Below, piece after piece: positions 1-12,600 of a stretch of DNA of 64,000 nucleotides; the first letter of the stretch is position 1; each line of letters begins with the position of its first letter. Where the stretch lies: the NCBI RefSeq assembly GCF_038025025.1, contig NW_027117339.1, positions 868,001-932,000 on the forward strand. Direction: 5' to 3'. The notes under the pieces are model-generated. The model saw only the letters and a list, made by a program, of their open reading frames with translations, was not told the DNA's origin and searched no databases. The DNA is from Phyllosticta citribraziliensis (Eukaryota). The position numbers were made by a program, and so were the translations under genes.

Positions 1-200
1 AACAGCTGCGTCCAGATGGGCTCGACTTCCTGGACCTTGGCGGCGGTGATCAGAGTCTGGAGCTTGTCGGACTGCTCGCAAGTTAGTCTTCAACGTCCCG
101 CGACGCGGTAGTTTCGCGCTGTGCGACTGACGGTGATCTCAATGCCGTCATCGGCGAGGATGAGAGCGGCGTAGGAGGAGGCAAGCTCGGCGGTCGACAT
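1..200 (-). CDS. RPP1: 60S acidic ribosomal protein P1 (5' part; runs off window start)
   Basis: Exon 200-132 MSTAELASSYAALILADDGIEIT, intron 131-72 (GTCAGT..CTAAC..CAG), exon 71-1 SDKLQTLITAAKVQEVEPIWTQL; matches the conserved P1 N-terminus. Confidence 0.95.
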
Positions 201-1274
201 TTTGAGGGTTGTGGTCGTGGGTTGACGTGAGGCTGTCGAAGGGAAGTTTTAGTCGTCGCTGCGTGAAGGTAAGATGAATTTCGTTGGTGTGGGCGGTCGA
301 GGCTAGCGCCCGAAACGCGGAGAAACTAATGCCCGCCGTGGGTCGGTTCGGTCCGAAGAAGCCAGTCGCGTCTGCCATCTGCATCTCGCGCTGCTAAACC
401 ATCAAAAAGCCAGCAGACCCAAATGACAATTCTGAAGGCTACACAAGAGTTTTCCGGCCCCATCTTACATCTCAGACAACAAGACCGCTTGTCTCTTCTC
501 ATCCTTAATTGTTCCTGTTTCGTTCCAATTTCTCGGTGCTTGCGCCATCATGTCGCAAAGCATCGCCTTCTTGAGAGGGTCTCGCAGTTGCTCCATGTTC
601 CGATTCTCCAGATTCGCGAAGCTTTGAAGCCGTGATTGTTGCTCGATCCAGTGGAAGCGCTCGAGCCGCCAACATCAGGCCAGGCTACCTACGCTCCATC
701 CTACCTTACCTTGCCTGGACATGCATGGTGACAATCTCCAGGGAACAATATGTTTGCCAGCACCTGTTGTGATACCATTTCGCCGGGACGTGTGAAAGCT
801 TTTACCTGCAACAGCCCACACAAGCAGTTCCAGCAATTTATTGACTCACTCACTGGCCTGCAACGGAGGCCGCAAGTTGAAGCCTTAAGAGCAATTTTTG
901 CAAAACTTTGCCAGACGGCAAATGAGGGCAAGACAGAGCTTTATCTTGAGATTGCTGAAGAAGGATTAAAGACTTCTAGATCAAAGGGATTGGCGAGTAT
1001 TTCAATCCCTGCGTGCACATGAAGATGGTGATGGCAAGGCCACGACTTTCGCACCAACCCATTAACATCGGGAAAACACCGGCTGTGGCTTACCCCACCC
1101 TTCCATCGACGCTGGGCGGTCGCGCCTCTCGAACCATGCACGCTTTGATGATCCGTTACGTCAACCTCCATCGGAAGAGTGACTCGCCTCCAGCCCGCCG
1201 GAGCCTGCAGCAACACGAACTTCGCCGCCGTTTGAACACCCTTCAGATCGCGAGAGAGAATTCGACTCCGCATC

Positions 1275-2987
1275 ATGACTGACTCCCCCGCGGTCCGAGC
1301 ACCGCTGGACCCCAAGGAGCAACCAGTGTTGGATCAGCTGCTCGGCATCCGCACCCAACTCGAACTGCTTCGCGCCGATAAGTCGACATATGTCAAGTCT
1401 GAAGATGTCATCCGCCTCTTCAACACTCTCATCGATCAAGTCGAGGTTCTCAACCAGCTACGCTCAAACAATCGTCTTGAGCAGAACAGAGGTGAGTCCC
1501 TCAACCTCTCCGGCTTGTCTTTCGCTCGTGTCACGAGACCTGAAACACGTCAAAGACGTCTTATCAGACCCTGCATATTTGACGATCGCATCTGAAAGCT
1601 GTCGACTGAGATAATCATGAGCTCACACTAACTTTTGTGTAGTCGACACCGTGCTCGACGACTGCTTCCAGCTTGTGTCTCTAGCTTACATGGCGATTGG
1701 CAAAAACCACGAAGCCCCTGCCGTCTACTCAGCATTGTCAACAGTAAAGGTGAATATGAAGTCACCTAGTAGGTTCATTTGACGCTGATGCAGGACAGCG
1801 TCTTCTCGACCATCTCCATGAAGCAGCCTTCTTCTCTCCCAAAGATCTTGAATCAGTAGGCCATCGACTGGAGGAGTACAAATCTACCGTGGAAAGGGGA
1901 AGGGAAAGCTACAGCCCACAGCTCACCACCCTCCTTGAAGCACGCCTGGAGGGCTGTCAGCACTTGCTCTCCAAGCTGCAGCACAGCCTGGAAAAACTGA
2001 GCCCCGAGCAAAAGGTTACCTATGAGAAACTAGTATCCATCCTCCGGTCTCTCTCTGCCTGCAACACGAAATCAAAGGTCAGACGCTGCGACTCTCCCCA
2101 AGATAATGGCATCTCGTCATCCATCCGGACTTGCGAGATGGAGCGTGCTAACACCATGATAGTACCCCGCTACGGAAGTCAAGAACCTCCATGCGCAATT
2201 GAAAGAGATTGCTCAGCATCTCGAGTCAGAAAACAAGTTCGACATCAATTTATCAGACTCTGAGCGCTTTGCCCAGGTCATGCAGACGATGCACATGCGC
2301 GAGTCCAAAAATCTCGAAGGAGAGCAACTAGTTGCGGACCTACTCAATCGCTGCCTGCTTTGGCACGACATCATCGAGCAAAAACAGGGCAGGATTGATG
2401 AGCGCTTCGAAGAGACCTACAAAAAGCTTCTTGGCATTCGCAACCAGCTCGAAAAATTGCAGCTCACGCAAGCTTGGTCGTTGCGCGAAACGGACCTCTA
2501 CAGTTTCCAACGTCAATTGGATAGGATCGACGAGTCTCGCGTGGACGGCAATTTTCTGGATGCCACCGGACAGCCGGCGGATTTGCACACGCAAAGGACT
2601 CTTCTCTACCTGCTCCGAAAAAGCTATTCCCTGATATATTTCCTCATCATTTCCTCGGAGCCCGTCTCGGAAGCGTTGCTTCCAATCTACAACCAACTCA
2701 ACACGCTGAAACGATGCCTTGAAGAAGTCAAGATATCGGGAGGAGTTTCTTCTCCGAGGGAGCTCTACCCTTACAGCATGAAGCTCAACTCCATCGACAA
2801 CATGAGGATCGATGGCAAGTTCATGATTGGAAGCGACATCCCCGATGGACAAGGCGCTGTCAACCACTTGCTGGCAGAATGTTTCGACCTCGCATATGAG
2901 CTGCGACTAGAGGCAACACAAGACTCCGATGACGAGGGTGAAGCCGCGCCGCCGGAGCCCGAAAGAGCAAGTGTCACAGCCGAGTAA
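1275..2987 (+). CDS. Conserved fungal protein, UPF0662 / yeast YPL260W (Cub1)-like
   Basis: Exons 1275-1491, 1643-1749, 1799-2077, 2163-2987 join in frame; motifs VLDDCFQLVSLAYMAIGKNHEAPAVYS, TQAWSLRETDLYSFQRQLDRIDESRVDGNF, SSEPVSEALLPIYNQLNTLKRCL, RELYPYSMKLNSIDN recognised from memory. Confidence 0.85.
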
Positions 2988-3284
2988 ACGCGAGGAAATC
3001 AAACAAACCTACCCAGTCTCACCAGAACACACGCAATCCACGCACACGGAAGAGCCGTACGAAGTATCATTCAACAGGGAGTAAGGCGTCAAGAGGGTCA
3101 ATTTTCCGGGACTCGCATGCAAAGACAAACGGCTGTCTGTCAAGCCGCAGGGGTCTTACAAGAAAGGTGCATATATTATCTGGAGCAGAGAGAAGATAAA
3201 CGTAGGTTTTTACTTGGGTTGCTAGTGATTCATGAATTAGATAACCCCTGGGACAGGATGGGACGAATGATTGCTACTTTCTTT

Positions 3285-4249
3285 TTACAAATCAAGCTGT
3301 ATTCTATTCAACATGTCTGAGCCGTCTCCCTCGACCTCGCGCGGTGCATCCACGTCTTCGAAATTCAGCCTGTCGCCATACGATATGCCTGCCAGCAAGG
3401 ACAAGAAAGTCAGCCCTACAACTCTCCAACAAAGAAAATGGCGTTCTGCTGCGGCCCAGTTCGTCCAAACGCCTTTGGGCGCTGATCAATCAAATACTTA
3501 CACAGCTCTTCTCCCTCTTTGATGTCGCGCGCCGTTCTGTACGTGATGACCAAGCGCTCCGTGTCTCGCTCCCAAACGACGTTTTGATCGCGACGGTGGT
3601 TGAACATGGAGCCCAGCCCGAAGACGACGGCTTGGGTCATGATTTTCTTTCCCTCGGCCGTCTCGGTCGGCCATTTACTGCAGACAACATCATCGTGGTC
3701 ATTATCTCCTGCTGTCCAAAAGAAAAGAAAAAAGGAAATAAAGTAGAAGAGATTCTACACAGCGATTGGGGGATCAATGACACTACTAGCCAGACAGGTC
3801 GCCGGCCGCACCATGGTTGTTGTTGGCGACGCAGGCGAGAGTCTATTTTCGCTGGTGTTATCTACTTACTAGACATAGTAGTGCAGCGACGTGTGCTGCG
3901 TGTAGGCTTCTTCGCCCGGGGCCAGTGGTAACACGGGGCAAACATCAAGGATCGTATAAGCGGGCAAGTCGCGTGCTGCAAAGACGCCACGGCCTGTGTG
4001 AGAGCCGCAAAGAAGCACGGCTAAGGTCAGCACAACATCCCGCACATGCTAGGGAAAAGTCATCAACGATGAGGTGGAGACGATGAAATAGATGAATGTG
4101 AATTTCAGGGGCTGTTTTATCTGTACTGCACCTTTTGGAGTGTTTAACACCAGCATCAAATCTGTCGAGCGGTGCAGGGGGACGACGGCCTCGTTTTTAC
4201 CAATGCCGTGTTGCTGCTGCTCATGCTGCTGATTTGTGACACCGTCCAT
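3285..4249 (-). CDS. Small stand-alone SET-domain lysine methyltransferase (S. pombe Set7-like)
   Basis: Exons 4249-4132, 3993-3870, 3677-3502, 3388-3285 give ..LNTPKGRGVFAARDLP..HYYVYKWP..GLGSMFNH..TARDIKEGEELCISYG..; SET motifs GxGVFA, FNH and EELxISY present. Confidence 0.9.
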
Positions 4250-5226
4250 GGTTTGCTGGTCCCTTGCTCTTTCCTCGATATCTTCACGGCAGATGCGAGA
4301 TGCACGACAAGGATTCAAACGAACGAAATATGAGTGTGTGCAAAGGGGCTGGTCGTATGTATGCTGGCCGAACGCTGTACATTGTATGGACAGAGAGAAA
4401 GTGCGCACAGAGTGCCCGCGGCGGCGCCAGCGTCGCACACGCCGCAAGAAGCAAGCAAAAAAATTTCTCCGATCGCGAAGGCGTGGTTGTCGGGGGAGAC
4501 CTGGGCGCCAGGGCACATCGTCATAATTTTTGTCGATGTCTGTGTTGTCGGCGCCTGACAGCCTTACCAGTCAGAGAGCACCAGGCGGGAGTGCGGCAGA
4601 GCCTGAGAGGGAGCTCGGGCCACAGACGTCACACAGGGTTGCGGTCCCTCGAGCCCTCATGCATGAGGGCAGCTCTCAACCTACCAGAAAACACCCGAAG
4701 CCCTCTGGCACGCCAGGTTGAGGTCGGCCACAGTCATCAGGCACTCCGGCAGTAGTACGACAACAACCAGGCTGGCAAAGTGAGATCGACCTCTAGCCTT
4801 TCCCCTCCACCCGCCGCATCTCAGGCAACCGACTCGAACAGACAGCCGGCAGAGCGAAACCTGGGTCTTCAGGTGAGGCCCTCCGACACCACATCGCAGA
4901 TCCGCCTTTCCCGCTGCTCCTCTGGTCCCCTTGCCCTGCCAGCTGGTGCTACTCAGTACCGGGCATCGATTGGGCGTCCCAGGCCCCCGGGAAACCTACG
5001 CTCAACCTTCATCCAACGTACCGCTACAACCACCGCGCCTTTCCATCCCACCGCCTGCCTTGTCGTCCCGTCCGTTCCGTCTGTCGCTGTTCGATTCCAG
5101 CCGCTCTACTCGTCGGGAAAGTGCATGCACCGGTAGACAGCATTCCGCTGTCTCGTCCGCCCGTCCGTTCGTCGCGCGTTCTTGGTCCCTGCTGGCTGTT
5201 GGGAAGAGCGGTCAAGTCGAGCAACC

Positions 5227-6415
5227 ATGGCGCATGCACGCACAGCGTCGACGAGTGAGGGCCTGCGAGGCCCGCATTCTGTCAGTCTCAAGGTGTTGCG
5301 GTAGGTCGTTTTGTCTGCGGGGAGTAGAGTCCTACATGGAGATGGGCCTCGTCGCCGTGTGAAGCTGCTGACCGTCGCCCGGTTGCTCGTCTAGACTCTC
5401 GCGGCCAGCTCTGGCGCATAGCTACGCACTGCCACAGCCCTCGGAGCACATGTCCCTGACGCTGCCGCCGGAAGCCTCGCTACCACATCCGTCCGCCGAC
5501 GTCAATGATCCCTTTATCGTTTCGCCGTTGTTGAAGCTGCCCGAGGCCTTTGGAAGCGCGTATGTTGGAGAGACGTTTTCTTGCACTTTGTGTGCGAACA
5601 ATGAGTTGCCGCAAGGCGATGATACCAAGACAGTGAGCGGAGTGAGGGTCACGGCCGACATGCAAACGCCGTCGGCGCCAAATGGAATATCATTGGAGCT
5701 GGAGCCAAAAGAGGAAGGCGAGGCAGCGGGAGGCGCGCTGGCAGTCGGGCAATCTTTGCAAAAGATTTTGACGTTTGAGCTCCGAGAAGAAGGCTCCCAC
5801 ACGTTGGCCGTGACAGTGACATACACCGAGACGCAACTCGGCGGCGAAGGCCAAGCGGCTGGCGGACGGGTTCGCACGTTTAGGAAGCTGTATCAATTTG
5901 TGGCGCAGCAGCTCATCACAGTCAAGACCAAGATTAGCGAATTGTCGGTCAAAGGGCGCGGGCCAAGCAAGTTTGTGCTCGAGGCGCAGCTGGAGAACTC
6001 GGGCGAGGGCAGCCTGTCTCTTGAGGTAGGTAACAGACCCGACGGAGCCAGGCCCAGGCCCCAAAAGCAGCGCAGCTTGCGCAGACAGTCGTCGTCAGAA
6101 GCTGATGTACCAAACCATGCGCCGCAGCCCGTCATCGTCAACGCCGAATCGCCGTTCAAATCGTCGTCGCTCAACATGCCGCTCAACGCGTCGCCAGAAG
6201 ATCCCCCACACCTGCCCGTGCTGGGCGCGGGCGATGTGCTGCAAGTAGCCTACCTGCTGGAGCAGCAGCAAGGGGCGCCGGAAGGCTATACCCCACCGGC
6301 TGTGAAGGAGACGGGGAGACGGATGCTGGTCCGAAACCTGTTTGTGCAATGGCGCAGCCCTCTGGGAGGGCGCGGATCTCTGAAGATTGGACCGCTTTAC
6401 ACTCGGACGCGCTGA
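5227..6415 (+). CDS. DUF974 / TRAPPC13 (Trs65-like) TRAPP complex subunit
   Basis: Exon 5227-5300 (..PHSVSLKVLR), intron 5301-5394, then LSRP..LPEAFGSAYVGETFSCTLCANNE..RTFRKLYQF..LEAQLEN; probable in-frame intron 6026-6127; stop at 6415. Confidence 0.88.
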
Positions 6416-7149
6416 AATGGCTGATTTCTGACAAAGTTTGCCGGGGGGTGTGAACGACGATGAGTCTTCCAGGATGGCTCTTGTGTTCTGAAAAGAGAAT
6501 TGGGTAGCGCTTATGGAAGGCAGCGCGAACGAAAGCCCCGCGGCAGACGCAAGGTTTGGTGTGAATTTCAAAAAGGAAATGAGTTGGTTGTGTATTGACG
6601 GGCAGTCTTCTTTTCCAATCACAGGCAAGCGGCCAAAGAGACAAGCGTTCATCGTGTCCAAAAAGAGGCTGCACCCCAGGTGGTTGGGCGTTGGTCGATG
6701 GCCTTGAAGCAGGGGGGACCGTTGTGAGCAGCAGCAGGGCTGACCGGCGCCGGACCTGGGCTAGCGGGCCTCGCCTCGCCCAAACGGCAGCCTTGACGCG
6801 CCGTTTGTGCTGATGGGGGATGGGGGGGGGGGGAGTGTTTCTGTGCTCTTCCTTGGCTGCAGACCGCGTGACGGCATCAGACACGGCGAAAGTGGACGAG
6901 TTTGCTTGATCATCCAGGTCGTGTCGAGCAAAACAGGCCGAAGCGTCCTGAAGAGGCAGGTGCATGGCAACAAGCTTTGTCTAATTCTTTTTGGGGGTGG
7001 CAGACGACGCATCCATGTCTCGAGGCGTTTCGCATCTGGCGCGGTACCTGGTGGGTGGTAGGGCAGCAATTTCAGTTTGTGCAACGTGGGTGTAGGGTAT
7101 GTGCCTTGTATGCAGCTATGCATGCATTGCAATGCTCTTGGCCATTGCT

Positions 7150-7154
7150 GTCGT

Positions 7155-7178
<24 letters not shown>
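7150..7178. repeat. (GTC)n microsatellite
   Basis: ~9-10 perfect units. Confidence 0.9.
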
Positions 7179-7186
<8 letters not shown>

Positions 7187-8405
7187 CCAGGTCCCCCCTC
7201 TCTTCTCCCTTTGGCTTGGCCCGGCACCATCCGATTTGCCCTTGGTTGCCGATGGGTTCTGGATGGTTCCGTTTGGACAGACGGACGTACATACATGACG
7301 TGACGTGACGACGACGGCGGACCAGGGAGTCGTACATGTTTCGTCAGGACAGGGCGTGCGTGCGTGCAGAGCAGACTGGAGCGATGGATGGCGGGTTTGG
7401 ATTGGGGTGAGGGGAGTGGGATGCTGACTTGAGATGTGTGCCGTAGCAACGTCGGCAGGGGATTGGTCACTGGATTCGAGATACGGCACAAATAAATCCA
7501 TGTCTCGGATTGTTGTCTTGTCTCGTCTCTTGTCCTAGTCAAACGGCCAGGGCGCGGCGAGGGGGGAGAATTCACGGCATAGGCATAGGCATAGGCACAG
7601 TCAAACATGTCTCTCTCTGGCGTCACGCAGGAGACCAAGGGAGGCGCCACGACGACGCGACGCGACGCGACGCGACGCAGGCATTGGCGGCAGGGAGGGG
7701 TTGGCCAGACTACCACGCTTCTGAATCATGACGGCGGATTCGGGGTCGTGGATGGGCAAGATGTCCTTCTGGACAATGGTTTGGAGCAGCCGAAGTAAAT
7801 TTAGGAGGGTTGCTCGTACAGGGCGGGACAGAGGACTGATGTGGTGGAGGACGGGGGAAGAGCCCCTTTTTTCATGGGCGGTGGCAGCGAGGTGGAGCTC
7901 GGGGCGCTGGAGGGAAACTTGGGTCGAGGGTCCCGGAGTTGCGTTGCGACCCACGTTCCCGTCGTTCGCTGCCGTCGGCTGCATCCCTGAGGCCAGCCGG
8001 CACAGGAGAGGCGAGATATCGAGGCTGGCTGATAGCCCACCTCACGCCGGCGCAGCTACCTGTAGTTGAGTTGATGATTTCTGAAGTGGTGGCAGCGGAG
8101 CGAGCGACAAGGAGTAACTGCCACTGCCAGCCAGGGATCATGCCCTGCCGACCACGCACGCTCGACGGGCCGCAGATCAGCCAGCGCCCTACGTGGGTGG
8201 GTGCAGGCGTGGGTATCGCTGCTCTGCCCCCAGGCACAGGCACAGGCACAGGCTCCCCTACTGTTCACTCAGTCTGCCCGGCAGCCATGTAACTTGTGTT
8301 AGCGTACATGACATGACGCTGAGGCAGTGACTTGGTGCGCCGTTGGACGCTGGCACATGGATCAGCCCTCCCTCTCAGGTACCTACAGCCGCCTGGCCAG
8401 TCATG

Positions 8406-8447
8406 GCACCGCACCGCACCGCACCGCACCGCACCGCACAGCACCGC
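8406..8447. repeat. (GCACC)n pentanucleotide microsatellite
   Basis: ~8 units, one variant. Confidence 0.9.
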
Positions 8448-9152
8448 ACAGGAGACGGACGGCGGCGCTAAACTCAGGGCTTGCCGCTTGGCCTGGGGTG
8501 GAGTCCCCCTCAGACTGCCCGGTGGCCCAGTCGTGCGCTTGCGTCAAGCCCGTCACCAACTACAGCGACTTTGGAGATGACTAGTTCCCCCCGAGACCGA
8601 TTGACTAGTTGATGTACAATCTCTCAATCTCTCCATCTTTCAACGCCCAATTTGCTCTCTCACTCTTGTCCCTCTCACTTTCACTCTCTCACTCACTCAC
8701 ACTCTCTCTCTCTCTCTCTCTTTCACCCGCTCCTCTTCTTCTCCCTCGTCCTCTTACTCCTCTGCACTGCTACACACCCGCATTGCACAAGTCGATCCGC
8801 CCTCCGCCCCCGTCGCACAGAAAACACGTCCCGCAGCCCGCCGTGCTACCTGCGCCAAAACGTCTATGCAGCTACACAACAATCGCTGCTAAACTTTCCT
8901 CCTCTCCCTCTCAAGCCGACATATCCACGCCTCCGCCCTCCCATGATTTGACCGTCCTACTCCCCGCCAATCCAGTCGCCCTCCATTTGCCATCAGCGCT
9001 TCTCCCCGCGCTGCCGCTCCTTTCCCCCCTCCCGCAATCCATTTCCTCAGCCGCTGCAATCAGGCCAGGTCTTTGATTTCTTAATTTTTTCCTTTTTCCC
9101 AGGCCATTTTCTACGCGCCACATAGTACATCCCGCATAACCCTGGCCGCGCC

Positions 9153-12100
9153 ATGGCTCCCGTCCCGCCGCCCGAGGCCATGTCCTTGCCCCTCGCCGAC
9201 TACTTCTTCATATCCGGCATCGAGTCGTCCCAGGTCTACGACGAGCAGCGCTCCCAAGGCGCCGCCATCGCGCCCACCGAGTCGACCATCCAAGAAGACA
9301 CCGCCTTGGAGACCGACGACCGGCCGTCGTCCCCAGACGCACTGTCGCTCTCCAAGAGCTCAAGTCATGAACCCCGTCAATCAATAATCACCATAATCGG
9401 CCCGGACACCACCATTCCACCGACCCCGAGCAACAGGAGCAGTGCCACCATCAAGGGCTTTTCGACCGCCGGCTCCGCCGCTCTGAGCGAGGAGGATTTT
9501 GAAAATGCCCTGAGAAAGTTTGCCGCCGAGCGCGAAAACTTTCTCGAGGAGATACAATTCAGCGCTGGCACGCTCAAGCAGGAGGACCGTCCGAGACCTC
9601 GTCCCCGGACCCAGAGGATAGTCAGCGAGGAAAATGCGGGCGGCTTGAGTGCAGGAATCGGCAGCATCCGCCGGAGGATCAGCACCATGAAGAAGCCGAC
9701 GGGCATGTCGCGTAACGGTACGTCCAACAAGCCCAAGATATCGACCATCCGCGAGGCTGACGGCCAGGAAGCTTCAATCCGGACATCGCGGCGCATGAGT
9801 GGCTACAACTCGGTCATTCCTGCCCCCCAGCCCTTCCACCCCACGCCAAATATGCATCCGCTCAAGAGGCGCTATGAGCCCGTGCTTCTGGACAGGTACC
9901 CGCCGAAGAACATGGTCGACGAGCTCAAGAGGAGAAACCCGTTCCCCGACTACGTGCCCATGTTTGCCTTTCCCAATGACGTAAATGTCGTCTCCTCTGA
10001 TGAGAGGCCCAAGCCTACCTGGCACGGATTCGCCATGACCCAAGGCGACGGCTCCAAGCTCTACGGCATATGCTTGATCATGTGGGTGCCGTTGAACCCA
10101 GTGGCAGCAGAACAGCTAGAGCACCAGTGCGAGGAGTGGAGAAAGGCCAACATGACTCCCGAGGAAAGAGAACTGGCGGGGAGCTTGGGGGAGCGCCTTG
10201 CTGCCGAAAGGGCAAAGTTGTCGCAGCTCCTGGCCCAGTTGCCAACAGCACCGTCTGGCTCCGAGGAAAGAGAGCAGCTAGAGGATGACATCAGCGCTGT
10301 CGAGGAAAAAATCAGCCTGATGAACGATTTGCTACGCCCGGTGCGTCATGCAGCTGCCTCCAAGATCGATGGCCTTACCGACGGAGAGACTGGTCTTTGG
10401 ATTCCTAGATCTTACGGTATCCTGGGCCGGGATGGAAACATGACGAGTTTCTGGAAAGAATGGCTGAGGGCTGTCGTGGTGCCCATGACCAACGGGGCTG
10501 TTCTCAGGGTCCCTGCGAGCTCACCGAAAATCGGCATGTGGCAACCGCTCGAGCGCTACGTTGTCAACCTGTGCGCCGAAGCAATCAGCCCCATTTCCTC
10601 GACGACGCAGGTCGAGATTGCCATTCGCGAGCTGCGCATGTACGCCCGCAGGGAGGCTCTGAACGAGATTCCTGGTTCTCGGAACGTCGATCTCTACTCC
10701 TTGTTCCGCTCGCTGTCGATCCAAAATATCGTCACGCTCTTCGAGTATGTCGTCTCCGAAAGCCGTGTCATCTTGCTCTCGTCCCACACGAGCATGCTCC
10801 ACTTGGCCAGCCAGGCAATCACTCATCTGATCTACCCTCTCAAATGGGCGGGTGTCTTCATTCCGGTGCTGCCCGCCCGTCTGATCCAGGCCCTGGAGGC
10901 ACCGTGCCCGTACATTGTAGGAATCGAGCGCCGCTACGACAATGTCGAGCTGCCCGAGGACGACTTTGTTCTGGTTGATCTGGACCAAAATGTCATCGAG
11001 AGCACGGCGCCTCCGTCTCCCCTTCCTCGCCAGACGCGTAGAAAGCTCATCTCGCTGTTGCAAATGGCGGCGCCGCACAACGTCAAATACGGCGTCCCGA
11101 CGGGACCGCCTGCCTATGCCGTCGATGCCTACCCCAACGATTCCTTTGCTTCTGAAAACTCATCTCTCTTCTCTGCCAAGGCTCCCAGGTCGACCCTCGC
11201 GACATTTGTCAGTCTCAACTCGGCGTCTTTTGGAGACTGCGGCGCTCGAGTTTCTCCCCCCAGACCGTGCGTTTTCAATGCCATGATGTCGTCTCGCACC
11301 GAAAGTCGTGGAGGCGAAAGACCTTCGACAAGCTCCACGGTCAAGACAAACAATTCACCACCATCGTCGAGGACTTCGCCCACTTCAACCATGTTCCCTC
11401 CACCACCGTCTACTCCCATTTCTCGTAGCGACTCAGGTTACGCCCTGCAAGCCAGTCTTCGCGAGAAGCGCTCCGCCCAATTCGACGCGGTATCACGACG
11501 GAGCTCTTCGGTACTCAAAACGACCTTCGGAAACAAAATGTTCGGCCGTAGTACTAACGACTTGCAACAGTTTGGTCCGGAAAGGATGAATAACTTGCGA
11601 AGACCCAGCCAGCCCCTCATGGGCCACTCGGCCAATGGTCACAATGCCAACCTCTCGACCTCGACCCTCGGACCCGACTTCCGCCTCGGCTCGTCCGGTT
11701 CGTCATACGCCCCGTCCGTCTACGCTCAATCCACCCTCGCCGCCTCGACCATCATGCCCAACACGTTTTCGGCCCCGGTACGCAACTCGGAGACGACGCA
11801 GTGGTGCGAAGGTCACTGTATGCAGTGGAGACCCAACGATGAGAGGACCTTTTGCTCCATCTGTGAAGAAAGGTCCGAGGATGGCATTTACAAGTGCGGC
11901 GGTGAGTACAGCCAGTTTGGTTCTCGAACGTTCTTTCTGACTCCATCACAGGATGCAGCATGTCTGCGCATGCCAAGTGCCTTGGCCAGATCTGCCTCGT
12001 CTGTCCATCTGCTTTCCATCCCGACTTGATCCGTGCAGCTTTTGTGCGCTGCTTTGCCAGTCTCTTTTACACATACAGGCGCTTTTTGGGCCCTGCGTCA

Positions 12101-12600
12101 TCTGACCAGAAGAAGTCCGGCATGATTTACAAGTTCAACATGGAGGGCTTCCTGAGGAGCATGCCCAACGACAACCAGGAGTACTTTACCATGCTCCAGG
12201 ACACTCAAGGTGCGCTCACCATGACTCGATGGCTGATGTCTCGACTGACTCGGTATTAGCATTCAACGAGTTTATTTACGAACGGGAGACCATGTCGTCG
12301 GACCACCCAACGGTCAAACTTTTTGACCAAATCATCCTCTCAAAGAAGAACCGTGGCCGCACGTCCATCTTTTCCAAGTCCTCGACCGACTTCCTCAACG
12401 ACACCTCGGACCACCTGTGGCGTTCGGCTGCCGCGACGCCGCCTTCCTCTCGCTTCCCCGGTGACTACAGGTCCATTGTGAGCCGCGCGCCGGCCAAGCT
12501 GGACCCTACGCTCATGAAGGAACCGAGAGTCATCCAAGGCATGCCACGCACACAGGAAAAGACCAAGAGGAAGCCGTTGTCCGGCATGTTTGGAAGATGA
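9153..12600 (+). CDS. DENN (uDENN-DENN-dDENN) Rab GEF with inserted C1-type Cys/His domain
   Basis: PLADYFFISGIE, YEPVLLDRYP, MFAFPND, FIPVLPARLIQALEAPCPYIVGI, IRAAFVRCFASLFYTYR, TQAFNEFI; introns 11902-11951 and 12210-12259 required, 9718-9771 and 11511-11570 probable; C1-like H..CSIC..C..C..HAKC..C across an intron. Confidence 0.9.

Noticed and set aside
6183..8584. Many 70-260 aa ORFs between the TRAPPC13-like and DENN genes
   Set aside because: Low complexity, driven by microsatellites and high GC; no motif or coherent exon chain
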